Assembly: GCA_048013815.1 (NCBI GenBank)
Contig: CM106585.1
Location: 13,082,001 to 13,146,000, forward strand
DNA: 64,000 nucleotides
Source of the DNA: Setoptus koraiensis
Taxonomy: Eukaryota > Animalia > Arthropoda
Direction of reading: 5' to 3'
Made by a program: the position numbers and the translations under genes. This document shows, piece by piece, positions 35,528 through 47,702 of this stretch; the stretch's first letter is position 1; every line of letters starts with the position of its first letter. The notes beneath the pieces were generated by a model. The model was not told the DNA's origin. It searched no databases and worked only from the letters and a program-made list of their open reading frames with translations.

Positions 35528-37710
35528 CTGGACCGTTGAACAGCACAACCATTTTCAGGTAGCTGAGTTCGCGAGTGTTCAAATCGAGCGTGTTTAGTTT
35601 GTGTTTGAGCATCTCGCCGGCGTTGTTGCTGGCGTGAGCCGGAAGTGAGGACTCCAACAATGTCGCTATGGCCAGCTCAATGGCCGTCGTGATTTTGTCG
35701 TGTTGACCATGGTTGTCGTTGTCGTGTTGTTGTTGAGCGTCGCCCTGTGATTGTGTTGTGCTTATTGCGTCATTGTTGGCTTGTCTGGTGTGTGTATCGC
35801 AAGCTATCATTGGTGTCGTAGCGAGGTTGTTGTCGTGGTGCCCAGCCATTGGCAAATCATCTAAATCGCTGCCGCTGGCACTGTTATCCGGATTGTTGGC
35901 CGCCGTATTTGCCTGTTGACGTTGTCGTTCAAAGTCTGTGTCGCCGTCCGCGCCAAGCTTTTGTCGCTTGAGCGCTTGCATGAGACTCAAAAATATCAGA
36001 GTGGCCAGCGATTCGTCCAGCAATGAGGCCCTGGCCTCATTGTCGGGCATCAGGTCGCCGATGGACGTCATGTCCGCTATTTGCTTGCCCACAAACTCAA
36101 GCAACCGCTGCGTACCTGTTGAGTTTGCGGCGTCGTTGTTGTCGCTGGTGTGTTTGTCGCCTGCGAAGCCGATTATGTCGTTGAGGTTGTTCTCGTCCTC
36201 TACGATGAATTTGTTGATCAGCTCTCGCGTGCCATTGCCACCGTTGCCATTGTTGCCATTACTGCTGGCGTCATTGCCCTTACTATTTCTACTGGTGTTA
36301 CCGTTATTTTTTCCATTAGAATTACCGTTATTATCTCCATCATCGCCACTGTCGGTGTTGTTGCTGTCGGTGTTGTTGTTGTTGTTGTCGGTGTTGTGGC
36401 GACCGGGCAGCGACACTGTGTCGATGAGACGGCCATCGTCGCCGTCGTCGATCGTCATGAAATTCTTGTAGCACGCGGACAGCAGCACCAGGTCCGCGTC
36501 GCCCGTCGGGCCGCCTTGGCCGCCCGGCTGCTTGCCGGCGGCCAAGGCGGCCAAATCGGTGAGCCTATAATAATAATCGTCGACAACCCGTTGATGATTG
36601 CTCATCACGTTATAGGCCTCCGCGTGTTGATTGAGCTCACTGTCGCTCGGCTTCATGGCGCCCAAATAGTCGCCAGTGTGAGCCGCAAATGCGGGGCCGC
36701 TTCCGCTTCCGGTGCCGTTGTTGTCGGTTGCCGCCGCCGCCGCCGCTGCAGCGGCCGCCGCCAGGTACGAGCTTGCCAAATTCAAATCAATCAAGTTGTG
36801 GCCGTTGTTTGGCCAGCACATTTGCTTGGACGAATGCTGATTGTTGCTGGCGTGCAAACTGGCGTTAATTGCTGCAGCATGTTGGCCATTGATCAATGTT
36901 GTGTTGTTCGTACCGCCGTTAATACCGCCGCCGCCGCCGTCCGGCCCGGCGCCTTGCGGGTGACCGAACACTGCGGTGACCGTGGCCGCCACGCCCTCGC
37001 GGATAAGCCGGCCCGCGGTGGCCGTGTCATGCAACAGCATCTCGGGCCGTATGGTGGCCGTGTTGCGCGGTTGACGCTCATTCTGAACAGCGTCCTTGTT
37101 CATGCCCATACGAATGCACTTCTTTAGCCGGCACGATTGACACTGATTACGATGCTTCTTATCTATTACGCAATTTCCCGTGCCCGCTTGGCATCTGTAA
37201 ATGAGCTTTCTTCTGACGCTTCGCTTGAAGAATCCGCTGCACCCGTTACAGGCCAAAATGCCGTAATGTTTGCCGCTCGACACATCGCCGCACACCGTAC
37301 AAAACAAACTTTGCTCCGTGTTTGTGGACGAGCTCTGTTCGGTTTGGTCGCCGTCGGGCGCGTCCGCTTGCGCATCGCCCGACGGCGGCGGTGTCGCCAG
37401 CGGGACACTTGCAAGCGGCCCGTCGTCGCCCGACGCCGACACTTTCAAGCCGGCTCGCTGCACCTTGTGATTGGGCGAGGCCACAATTTGTTTCTCGTTG
37501 TCGCCGGAAACAAATTTTGACTTGTTGTTGTTCATTTTTGCCTTTGCACTCGGTTGTCTGTGCGCTTTGGCGCCACCTATGATGTTTGCTTGTTGTCGTT
37601 GTTGTTGTTGTTGCGTCACCAACAGGGTGCCGGTTGATGACGAGGCCGCCGACGACGACGAGTGACAATTGTCGTCGTTTGTGTTGTCGGCCGACGACGG
37701 AGACGACGGA

Positions 37711-37742
<32 letters not shown>

Positions 37743-38769
37743 CGCTGAGTGTCGCTGGGGCGAATGGTCTAACGATGCCAACGGATTATTGTTATTGATG
37801 TCACTTGTGATCGGTGACTTATTGTGGTGACCGGGGGCGATGTCGCGGTTGTCATAGTAACTGCGAGCGGCGCTCAACCGATTGACCGCGCTATTGCGCT
37901 CACTCATTTGCGACAATGATTTCATAACGACGCTCACATCGTCGCGATTTCCGGTTGCCGCGTTATATCGATTGTGTGGCGCAAAATGGTGGTCGCTGGT
38001 GACGTTTGACTCTGTCTCGAGACAATCGTCGTCTGTGTCCGCGTCGGCGCCCGTGTGATGGCCGGCTCCGCGTTGATCGTTGAGTTGCGCAACACGATCG
38101 TGATCAATTAGAGATTGGATTGGCGATTGCAGCGAGCCGTCCGACATGGAATTGATGTGCTCCGAATCTGTGCAACTATTGAAACTGTTAACCGGGCGCC
38201 CGATGTCGCACGCCAGGTTAGTTGCGCAACCGATTGTGGCCGGCTTAGTGTTATGATTAATTTGTTGTGATTTGTTGCCGTTTGTGTCCGCGCAGTGCAA
38301 CGACAGATTGAGCGGCCTGCCCGCAGCTCCGGTCTTTGCCTGCTGCAATGCGCCGCTGTCTACCGACTGCTGCTGCTGCTGATTATGTAACCAGTTTAGC
38401 TGTTGCAATCGCAACCTCTTACCTGAGTTGTAGTTGTTGTTGTTGTTGTTGTTGGTGTCGCTGCGAGCGTGCGACCTCCTCTGGGCATTGCCGGCGTCAT
38501 CCTTGTTGCTCTTGCCCGTTATAGGTGAACCTGTCGTACCTGTCTTACCTGTGGTGTCCATGAGAGTCGCCAACAGGTGCTGCTGTTGTTGTTTGTCGTT
38601 GTTGTTATAGGCTTGCGATTGGCGCGCCTGAAACGCCGGCGCGCACCTGAGAAGGGGGCTCATCCAGGGACTGGCCACTAGCAACTGCTGTTGCTGTTGC
38701 TGTTGTTGTTGTTGATGTTGTTGATGCTGTTGTTGTTGTTGATGTTGTTGATGTTGTTGATGTTGTTGA

Positions 38770-38854
<85 letters not shown>

Positions 38855-39254
38855 GGTGACGCTGCATCAGATACTGATCGATGTTGTGAGCTTGCTGTAA
38901 ATCGTTGTTGACCGTGTGGTCGTTGAGTGCGGTGCGCAGTTTCTGCTGTTGTTGCTGTTGGACTCGCTGCTGATGATAAAACATGGAAGACGGACCAAGA
39001 TTGTTGGTGTCGTATTGAAGCTGATGGCGCATCAAGGCGGCCGCGGTGAGCGCAAACGTTTGCTCGTCGTTGGGGCCCATATTATTTGAGGCGGCCGATG
39101 ACAGCAGAGACGTGGCCAGATTTGTGGCTGCCGCTGTTGTTGCCACTGTTGTTGTTGTTGTGTGAGACGACGCCGGCGGGGGCGCTGCTAACGTCGACAT
39201 GTAGTGAAGAAAGTTGTCCCGGTGACTGGACAGCTTGCTCGTTGATTGTTGCAT
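35528..39254 (-). CDS. Hr51: Hr51/unfulfilled (NR2E3/PNR/fax-1 type) nuclear receptor, large exon with DBD and first part of the LBD
   Basis: C4 zinc fingers [62 protein letters not shown]...[19 protein letters not shown]. The CNGCSG P-box and the QNERQPR T-box are diagnostic of NR2E3/Hr51. Donor CAG|GTGAGT at 35528/35527. Long Q-, N- and S-rich tracts. Confidence 0.92.
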
Positions 39255-39759
39255 TATAGGGCTCGATTAACGCGCTCTCGATGGTGATATATTGATAATA
39301 ATTACATATATTTGCTAGCTGTGATCAGTCAAATTGTCACCCAAACTATCTCTCTCTCTCTCTCTCTCTCAATTATCTGTCTGTGTGTCGAGTGTTTGTG
39401 TATATCCGCGTTTGTGTTTATCTGCGTTTGTGTATATAGGCCCGGCCGAGCCGTTCCGCCGGACTATTTAGAGCCGCCAGTGGCCTGTGCAACTGTATTC
39501 GAGTGATATTACGTCGCGTGATATTATGTCGCGTGATTTATCTGGCCGGTCGAGTCGAGTTCGGACAATTGCAGACAATTGCAATTCGCCGCCGCCAGTC
39601 GACAAACTGACTGATTTCGCTGGCCGCCTAGCTAATGCTGTTTTGTCATGATGTAGTGTCCGTTTGCGATTGTTTGATTACAGTTACAGCCGATATAGTT
39701 AGTGTGGGGGGCGCGTGTCTGACCAATGATAATTAAATAAATGGCCGCTAGTAGCGAGT

Positions 39760-39793
<34 letters not shown>

Positions 39794-40454
39794 CTTGATT
39801 ACTGATCACTGACGACTGATTACTGACCACTGACTTGTCGTTGTTTGTGTCGCCGATTGTCGGCACTGCCGATACGCGGCGCGCGCACCAATGCGAGGGG
39901 AGGGGAGGGGGGGCGAGGGAGATAACGGTCATTGATTGAATGAGTCAATTGATTGCTTCCATTTGAAATGCTTTCCCCGTTCGTCGACAATCGTCGTGGC
40001 GACAATTGACTCATTTGTCGCCACTATTCATGCAACGCTGCAACCAGTTACGTAATTATCGCGCGGCACGCGGGCAAACTGCACACAATTAAACAGGCGC
40101 CAAATCACGTTTTGGGTGGCTGGCTGCTCACGTTGTGTCGCTCGCTCATATATAACTGTCTACATATAGGTGCCGCTGGCCGCTAATAAACTAATAACAA
40201 TAAATTATAGATATAGTTTGAAGTGTTTGTTTGGCCGCTCGTTTGCACTGTTTGCATTGTCGCATCTGACGGATACTCTATGATGGTCACGGTCTCTAAC
40301 TCTAACTCGGCACGCTGCTGACCACTGCTGGCCGAGCACGCGTTGCACTGCTGCTCGTGGCAGTGCAACGCGCCGCGTGCTGCGGCGTATAGCGGATATA
40401 GGCGGCGCGCTCGATGGCGAGCCAGCCACAAATGGATGAGACCTATAATTGTCG

Positions 40455-40519
40455 CTGGTGTCGCTAGTGTCGCTAGTGTCGCTAGTGTCGCTAATGTCGC
40501 TGGTGTCGCTGGTGTCGCT

Positions 40520-40580
<61 letters not shown>
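40455..40580. repeat. 9-bp repeat (GTCGCT(A/G)GT) fused to a (GT)n microsatellite
   Basis: Seen directly. Other (GT)n tracts lie at about 33588-33630 and 41005-41058. Confidence 0.9.
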
Positions 40581-40584
<4 letters not shown>

Positions 40585-41000
40585 ACTTGGACCAACAACA
40601 ACAAACAAAGAAAATCATCGATTGTGTGTTGTGTCGCGCCAATTGTCCAATTTGTCGCCACTGGTCGCAAAGAGCGCGCCATCAATTCAAATGGGGCCCC
40701 GTTTGTCCGAAAACGCGAGCGCCATGACAGTTGCTCTAATTGTCTGATTGACAACTCAATCTGACTCAATCCGCTCACTCACTCAGCGATACTTGATTTC
40801 CGCACACCGTACACGCCCAGTTTGCAGGCCGACACGCGAGGCGCATTTGTGCCAATTTGCGGGCCCAAATCCGCAGCCGCTCGACCCTACGAGGGGCCCC
40901 AAGTCGAGGGGCCTGTCACGGCCGCATAATGGCGCCGCGTTGTCACACGCCGACAACGACAAAACAACGAGCGGCCAACGAGACGGCCGATGCTCGTAAG

Positions 41001-41059
<59 letters not shown>

Positions 41060-41952
41060 CCTATGGCGAGCACGTGTCAATAATTACATACATCACTAAT
41101 AACAAACATAATTGCATTGTCGTCGCATCTATTGTTGTCGCTGGGCCCCGCATAAGTCGCCATTGTGTGATATTTATTTGTGATATTTATTTGCGATATT
41201 TTGCCGTGTTCTGTCGTCTGTCGTCAGACGCGAGACGTCGCTCAGTGATTGCGTCGTTCTCACACTCACGACACTCGCGACACTAGCGACACTCGCGATC
41301 GAGTCATTTTTTTCGCGCGCTCTCTCGCTGTCACCTCGCTTCGCTCGCGCCCCAATCGTTGACTCTCAATCGCTGACTCTCAGTCACTGCCACACGCACT
41401 GCAACGCTCCATAGATGCACTACTCACCTTGATTTGATCGCCCGAATCGCCAATGCAACTGTCCAACTGTCCAATGTCCGGCGTGTGTTTGTGTGTATGT
41501 GCGTCCGCTTGCTGAAACTGTCTCCTTGGGGCCAAAATCTCGGCCCAACTCGCTGTGTCGCAACTTGACTCTGACTGCGCCTTTCAGCTCACTCACTTGT
41601 CTGCTCTCTGGCTCCCACTGTCGCAAACAATGCCAACCAATCCCAGACAAATCGCCCCAGATTGCATTGTTAGCCTAACAAGTTGCGACTGCTTGCGCCA
41701 AACCCCGCGCTGGCGCATACTGTCACACAGTATTACTGTGCGCCATAGCTGCGCATAGCACCCATTGCGCGCGCATTTATTATTGTGCGCCTAGCGCAAT
41801 TCGCGACCAATCCACGCGCTGTGCTGTCGCCCCGAAATAGGTCTGAAACTGTGGCTGTGTGTTTGGCCGTGCTGCTCGTCGCACTAGTTCGCCGCACTAG
41901 TTCGCCGGGCCGGCAATTAGTGGTCCGCCGGCACAAACGGTTGATACTGTCC

Positions 41953-42071
41953 CAGAAGCGGTTCATACCCTCACAGAAGCGGTTCATACCCCACAGAAGC
42001 GGTTCATACCCCACAGAAGCGGTTCATACCCCACAGAAGCGGTTCATACCCCACAGAAGCGGTTCATACCC
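41953..42071. repeat. 20-bp minisatellite (CCACAGAAGCGGTTCATACC) x6
   Basis: Near-identical tandem copies with no spacers. Confidence 0.95.
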
Positions 42072-43687
42072 TGACTGTCAGGGCCTGACAGAAGCGTTCA
42101 AAACTAGCAGCTTGCCGCCTTCTTCTGCCAGAAAATAAACTTGCGATAATTTTGTCTTTCTGACAAATGTCAGAAACGGCAAAAACGGCGCAAAGTGGCC
42201 CGATGACTCCATCTACCCGAACACTGGGGCCAATTTTTCGCCCTCCTCCTTCATCCACTTATACCATTGATGGGTTTATTTTCGGGGAAAAATCCCCAAA
42301 GACGTGACAGGTATCCCGGACGTGCCAGTGTGTCTGCAAGTTGACTCGAGCTCCTCAAATTGTTTGATGGTTGACTAGCCAATCGATTCGCCCCAAAGTA
42401 TGAATATATTTTTATTCGGGCCTATTTCGGGCAAATCCTGGCCGGATATTAAGCCTTGCTAAAATATTGTGCTATTAATAATACGATTGAATATTTATAC
42501 TTATAAACAGCATAATATTTTATCGCAACTGTCTGGCCAGATATAGGTGGTATATTGGTGGTGTGTTGCGTATGGTTTCGAATGGCCAGATACACGCAGC
42601 CAGTGCGCAGAGACGATCGTGAATCTGTGTCGTTGGGCCAAAAAGAGCGAAACAAAATATAATAATAAAATAAAATAAAAACAATAAAACAATAAAAATA
42701 AATAAATGAATGAACGGTTTGTGTGCGTCGGGTGACCTAAATCAAATTGACAGCGCATTGTTGTCAGTTGTTGGCACCCGAAACTGGCCTGTCTCTAACA
42801 AGTTGTTGGCCACTGATTGCGACCTTTATCCTTGGACAAAGCGAATTCGAAAAAAGAAACGTCCACATGATTCTTTTGTTTGTTGGCATGTTCCGAACAA
42901 AACGTTACAAAATGTCATGCGCTTGTGACGCGCCAGACAAACCAATCAATCAGACACCCATAACCTGTTCACGAATGGATACGCCACCTTTAAAACACAT
43001 TTTAAACATTGCCAGTTGGTTGGCCAGTGTTGGGCATGTGTGCGATAGGTGAGGTTCACCTCACGGAAATAACTCTTTAATTTCTTCATTGGCGTCGCAA
43101 GCTTCTTAAACTTCGTATCGCGCCCCATGTGACAGTTGTTGAGCCATTGTCTAGACTCGCGCTGGCAGTTGCGCTTGTGCCCGCGCGCAATTGTGATTTC
43201 GCTGAGACACGAGACACTAGACAATTTGTCATTTTTGTCATTGTATCTCTTATTCTCTTCTGATCATTCATTCAGCCATTTGGGCCGCTAACTGGCAAAC
43301 AAACTGGCTGGCGCGACATGGAAGAAACATTATGAGTTATGACATCGCGACAAGTGCAGTGTGAGCAACAAACAAGCTAGCGAGCAAACAAACGAACAAA
43401 CAATACACGCGCTCCATGAATCACACATTTTGCCGTTATTTATTTATCTCGCTGGCCCCGGACCCGCGTCCGCCAGACCCGCAGCCGCCAGATCCGCGGC
43501 TGCGGGCCGACGCGCCCAAAGAGACGCGACAGGGACGAGAGATCCCCCCCCCCCCGACTGACATCTAATGGACACATTTTAGTGGGGCGCCCATTCGCTC
43601 CGATGAACATAAATCAATCTCGTGTTGTGTTTGCGCGCGCCAATTGACGCGAGCGTTCCTGGGGCACTTTGCCCGCTCTGTTCGCCC

Positions 43688-43762
43688 TATATAAACAGCG
43701 GCGTGCATAAACATCGGGCATAAACGTCGGATTTAAACGTCGGATATAAACATCGGATACAA
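43688..43762 (+). promoter_or_regulatory. TATATAAA box followed by 13-bp repeats ((C/T)ATAAAC(A/G)TCGG) x5
   Basis: The motif and repeats are seen directly; promoter function is unverified. Confidence 0.25.
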
Positions 43763-44119
43763 GCGTCGCGCGCACGCACACCGAACCGTCACTGTCATCC
43801 GTCATTTGCGTGCGCCGCAGGCGAGGTGTCCCCCGCTGAGCTGAATTGTGACTCTTGCCTCCGACGCGGCGCCCGAGCTGACAGGTTGCACGGTAGCGAC
43901 CGCTACAAGTTGCAACAACGCCGACGCCAGCAACAGCGACAGCAACAACGCCGACAACAACAACAGCGACCAACAATGACCACGGCGAAACTGTCAATGA
44001 GCGCAATATTTGCAGCCGCCAAATTACGCAATCATTACTGAGGGCCAAGTGCACACATTGAAGTCGCCGTCGGAGAGTTATGTGACAGCGCGATGTGCGC
44101 CGACAAACAAGTGACTGCC

Positions 44120-44198
44120 GGCCCGACAGAACCGAGCCGAGGCCCGACAGAACCGAACTGGGGCCCGACAAAACCGAACTGGGGCCCGACAGAAGCGA
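44120..44198. repeat. 21-bp minisatellite (GGCCCGACAGAACCGAACTGG) x about 4
   Basis: Seen directly. Confidence 0.85.
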
Positions 44199-45807
44199 GC
44201 AGACGAGAGACATTGCCATGCATAACTGGCGAAAATAATCTGATTGTTTGTTTGCGCGCGCGCGCGATCACACAAACAAACAAACAATCAAATGAGTCGG
44301 TGATTTTATGCTTGCTTTGACGCCAACAAAGCCAATATTACGTCACCGTCTCCACTATTTGATGGCGACGCAACATTTCGGAGCAGCACGTCGGCGGGCT
44401 AAGCCCCCCTCTGTTCGAATCGAGTTCCGAAACAAAGTGCATGGATAATCCTTGCTTCTTTTGAGCCAGCCAAATAAATCCATTCGCAAGCGTTGATCCG
44501 GCCCATTGTGTTGTGTATCATTTAGTGACGATCGCGACAGCACTGACCATAATAACCGTAATAACCAATGACGCCAAACAAATTGATATTTTGACACCAG
44601 CGCCACAGCGCCACTGCCACTCGTTTCGGGCCTCATTTGGCCGTCTCCCTTTCTCTCGCGACAATCGCTCCACTGTTTTCCAGAGTCCGACCATCGGCTT
44701 TGCTCGCCAGACGGCCGGACGACCAGACGACCGAGTGACCGGTTCGGCGATTGGGGCCAGCACGACTCGATCGGGTTCGGGTGATCGTTGTCGAGTGCAA
44801 AAACAATTCAATTGGCGCTCAATGGCGCACTCATTAGGTTTATGTTAATCTCACTAGAATAGATGAGTGGCGTCTGCACGCAAACGCCAGCAACGAGCCA
44901 AAAAACTCGCAAATTCACTTTACAAATTTGCATATTAATTGTTGCCGCGTTGCCGGCAGCCCGCTTAAACTTGAAACACCGCTGATTGTGCGCCGTAATT
45001 GATCGCGCCCAACAATTGACGTCTGTGAGAACTCACCAAAATGATCGGCTGCCTTTTAATTGAGCCACTCGCGCTGTTAACGGTCATCCGCCTCTCCTGG
45101 GGCCCGTCACAAATTCTCAGAACAAACTGACAATTGAGCAATCGACGTCCATAAGTTTGATCCCCCCCTCTCTCTCTCTCTCCCTTTGCGCCCCAATTTA
45201 GGTTCCGCGGACGGAGGCTCGGCACGGTCTGGTCACTGGTCCGATTACTGGCCTGGTGGTCACTGGCAAATTGCTGCAATCAAACGAGAGATTGCCACGA
45301 AACGAGAGCGGCCAACACCGATTTAAAATGGCACCGAAAAACTGCCCTTTTGATTCTACTCCACAGGATGGCGCCACTGGATGGGGCCTTGAACAATTGG
45401 GGCCGAATTCAGGGGAAAGCGCCCGCATGAGCCACCCCATCTGGCGACGAGAAACGGAACCTTCGTTCTTGATTAAATGCCATGCCATGTCCATATTTCC
45501 ACAACCGGCCACTAGTCGGCAAGAAATTTCGAGCGACATCCTTTGGCCTGGCGAAAATCTACGCCGACTTCGCCAGACACTGTGAACATGCGACGAATGA
45601 TTACGCGAAAATCAATCGCGCTTCGGGACGGGCGATTCAATTTAATCCTCTCCATCAGCATGAGACAGCGAACAGAAAATAATACAGAAATTCATCGAGC
45701 AAATATCGCAGTTCGTGACCGTTCCATTCGTGCTAACGGAATATTTTGATTGAATTCCGTTTGAGGTTTCATCACTGTGAGCGATGCGATTTTAATGGTT
45801 TGTTCCC

Positions 45808-47044
45808 ATGTCACAAGCGGCGCTCTCTCGTTCTGACTCGCAATCGATATCGACAGGGTGCTATGAGAGGGTGTCGTCATCGATACGTGAGCTCGAATTC
45901 ATCTTTAGCCCTGCAGTGATTACATTTCGAGTCGTCGTTGAGCCAGAAAATTTCAATAAATATCGTGTATTCATTGGCTACATTACGTGCCACGAATTCG
46001 AGCCCACTGAAAAGTGGGGCTCTTTTAAATTTGAGCTGGAACCAACCCGAAAACAATCACAAGACAACACATCACAAACTGACCACTTGATGGCGCTGCT
46101 CAACCGAAAAACCCTCACGTTCCTGTGAGCAATATCCCCTCTGTGGCATACAGTCTATAGAGCCCAAAAGTCTGGCTGGTGGGCTTATATCGATGTGTCA
46201 ATTGGTTGGCTCGATATTCAAATTGAATGGTATGGATGAATCAGTGGATTGTCTGCCCGAAGACGCTGTTCATTAGACTTCTGGTTGACGTCACGTTATG
46301 CACAAAATTCGGGAACTCTGGCAACTGCTGGGCCCCCAATTTTGGCTATTTTTTCCAACTTCGAAACAGCTGATTGTTACTTTCCAGTTCGGGCTGTGGC
46401 TCTTCGCGACGCCTCGGGCAACAACACTACCAAGAAGGGGGTGGGGGGAGGTGTGTACAAATACAGATAAGCCTTTCCAAGGTGGGAGAATGTGTTCTTG
46501 ACGGGAGATTAGGGAGTCATGGGGACAAATTGTGAACAAACCAAGGAGAGAATACGTGAGAATGGATTCAAGCAGCGGATCGGCCGCTTTATCTTTTTCG
46601 GTTGATGAAGGGGCGACATTATTATGCACAACAACCGTGTTTTCCATCAGACCTGGCCTGGTATAATGTCTCGGGTTTAGTATCGCTGGCACGATATCGC
46701 TGATTTAATAATATGAGTGATTGAATGACGTTTCATTACACGAGCAAATGCGCATTCACTGCGACAAAACATATTGCGATATCGGCCAGAGGGCGCTGTC
46801 AAGTGGTGCCCCGGCTAGTGGATATTTTCTGTATTGTGCTGGGCCACTTTGTAATATAGCCACCAGCAGAGTCATACAGCGCCCAGAAGATAATTTATCT
46901 TATCGATACAAGATAAAGAGGCTCGAATATCACTTTATCTGCTGGCTGGCGAGGGCCGAAGCAGATGAGCGGGCGAAAATTGAATCTGTCGCGTGCGTAG
47001 ATGGGCAGTTTGTCATTGAGATTGCCAATATAAATAGGCAATGA
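45808..47044 (+). pseudogene. Decayed coding-like remnant, possibly related to the hemopexin-like remnant at 6.4-7.5 kb
   Basis: Microsatellite-free stretch. One frame gives RIGRFIFFG** (46576-46608) and VFHQTWPGI (46639-46665), resembling hemopexin G.IYFFKG and I...WPGL motifs. Many stops. Confidence 0.25.
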
Positions 47045-47669
47045 CTTGTCAGCACTCAATAACTGACATAATCAGAGCGGACAATCGTCAATAAAACAAA
47101 TTCAGTTCGCTACTGGCTCCACTTCCGTTATCTTTTGCGCTTGTTTTCGTGCTGGCTCGCGTTCGCGCTGACCAGCGCACCCTCAACGTCCGACAACGAG
47201 CCCCGACAATATCAAGATAGATTGCTCTGATGCTCCAATTTGGGGGCCGTTAGTGCCGGGCCGTGCTTGATGCACCGAGCAATCGAGCGCTGGTCAGACT
47301 AGCCGAAGCATAGATGAATAAGTGGCATGACAGGCCATAAAAGTAGTTGCAGAGATTATTTTCTTCCCTCTTCCAGACATTCTAGCCACCGGGAATACAC
47401 GCACACACACACACACGACATGTACACAGTGTATTGGCTTGCATGGATATTAAATCGTCTTGCTGGCGCGGACCTTGGACGGGCCCCAAAAATGAGCAGG
47501 CAATAATTTATAGTTGAACGCATCGGACATCATGTTGCAAGTGCAAGCAGCTCGGCCAAGAGCCGCCGTGGCCATCCATTACGGGCGCCATTGTCATTGT
47601 ATACACTTAGATATAAAAACATATTCATATTGTGTCGTTGCGCAAGTAGAAAATTTGTAAACTTGGCAA

Positions 47670-47702
47670 GCTCAAGTTTGTGCCAATAGCACAAACTTGA
47701 GC
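47670..47702. other. Perfect 14-bp stem hairpin (GCTCAAGTTTGTGC-CAATA-GCACAAACTTGAGC)
   Basis: Seen directly; pairing extends imperfectly to about 47654-47713. Confidence 0.6.

Noticed and set aside
40880-40905. LDPT motif suggestive of polished rice/tarsal-less peptides
   Set aside because: It reads LDPTRGPK, not LDPTGxY; a single copy with no short-ORF context.
41953-42071. Six 20-bp repeats as a CRISPR array
   Set aside because: Head-to-tail copies with no unique spacers; a minisatellite.
44413-44422. GTTCGAATC tRNA T-loop motif
   Set aside because: The flanks do not form a T-stem or cloverleaf.
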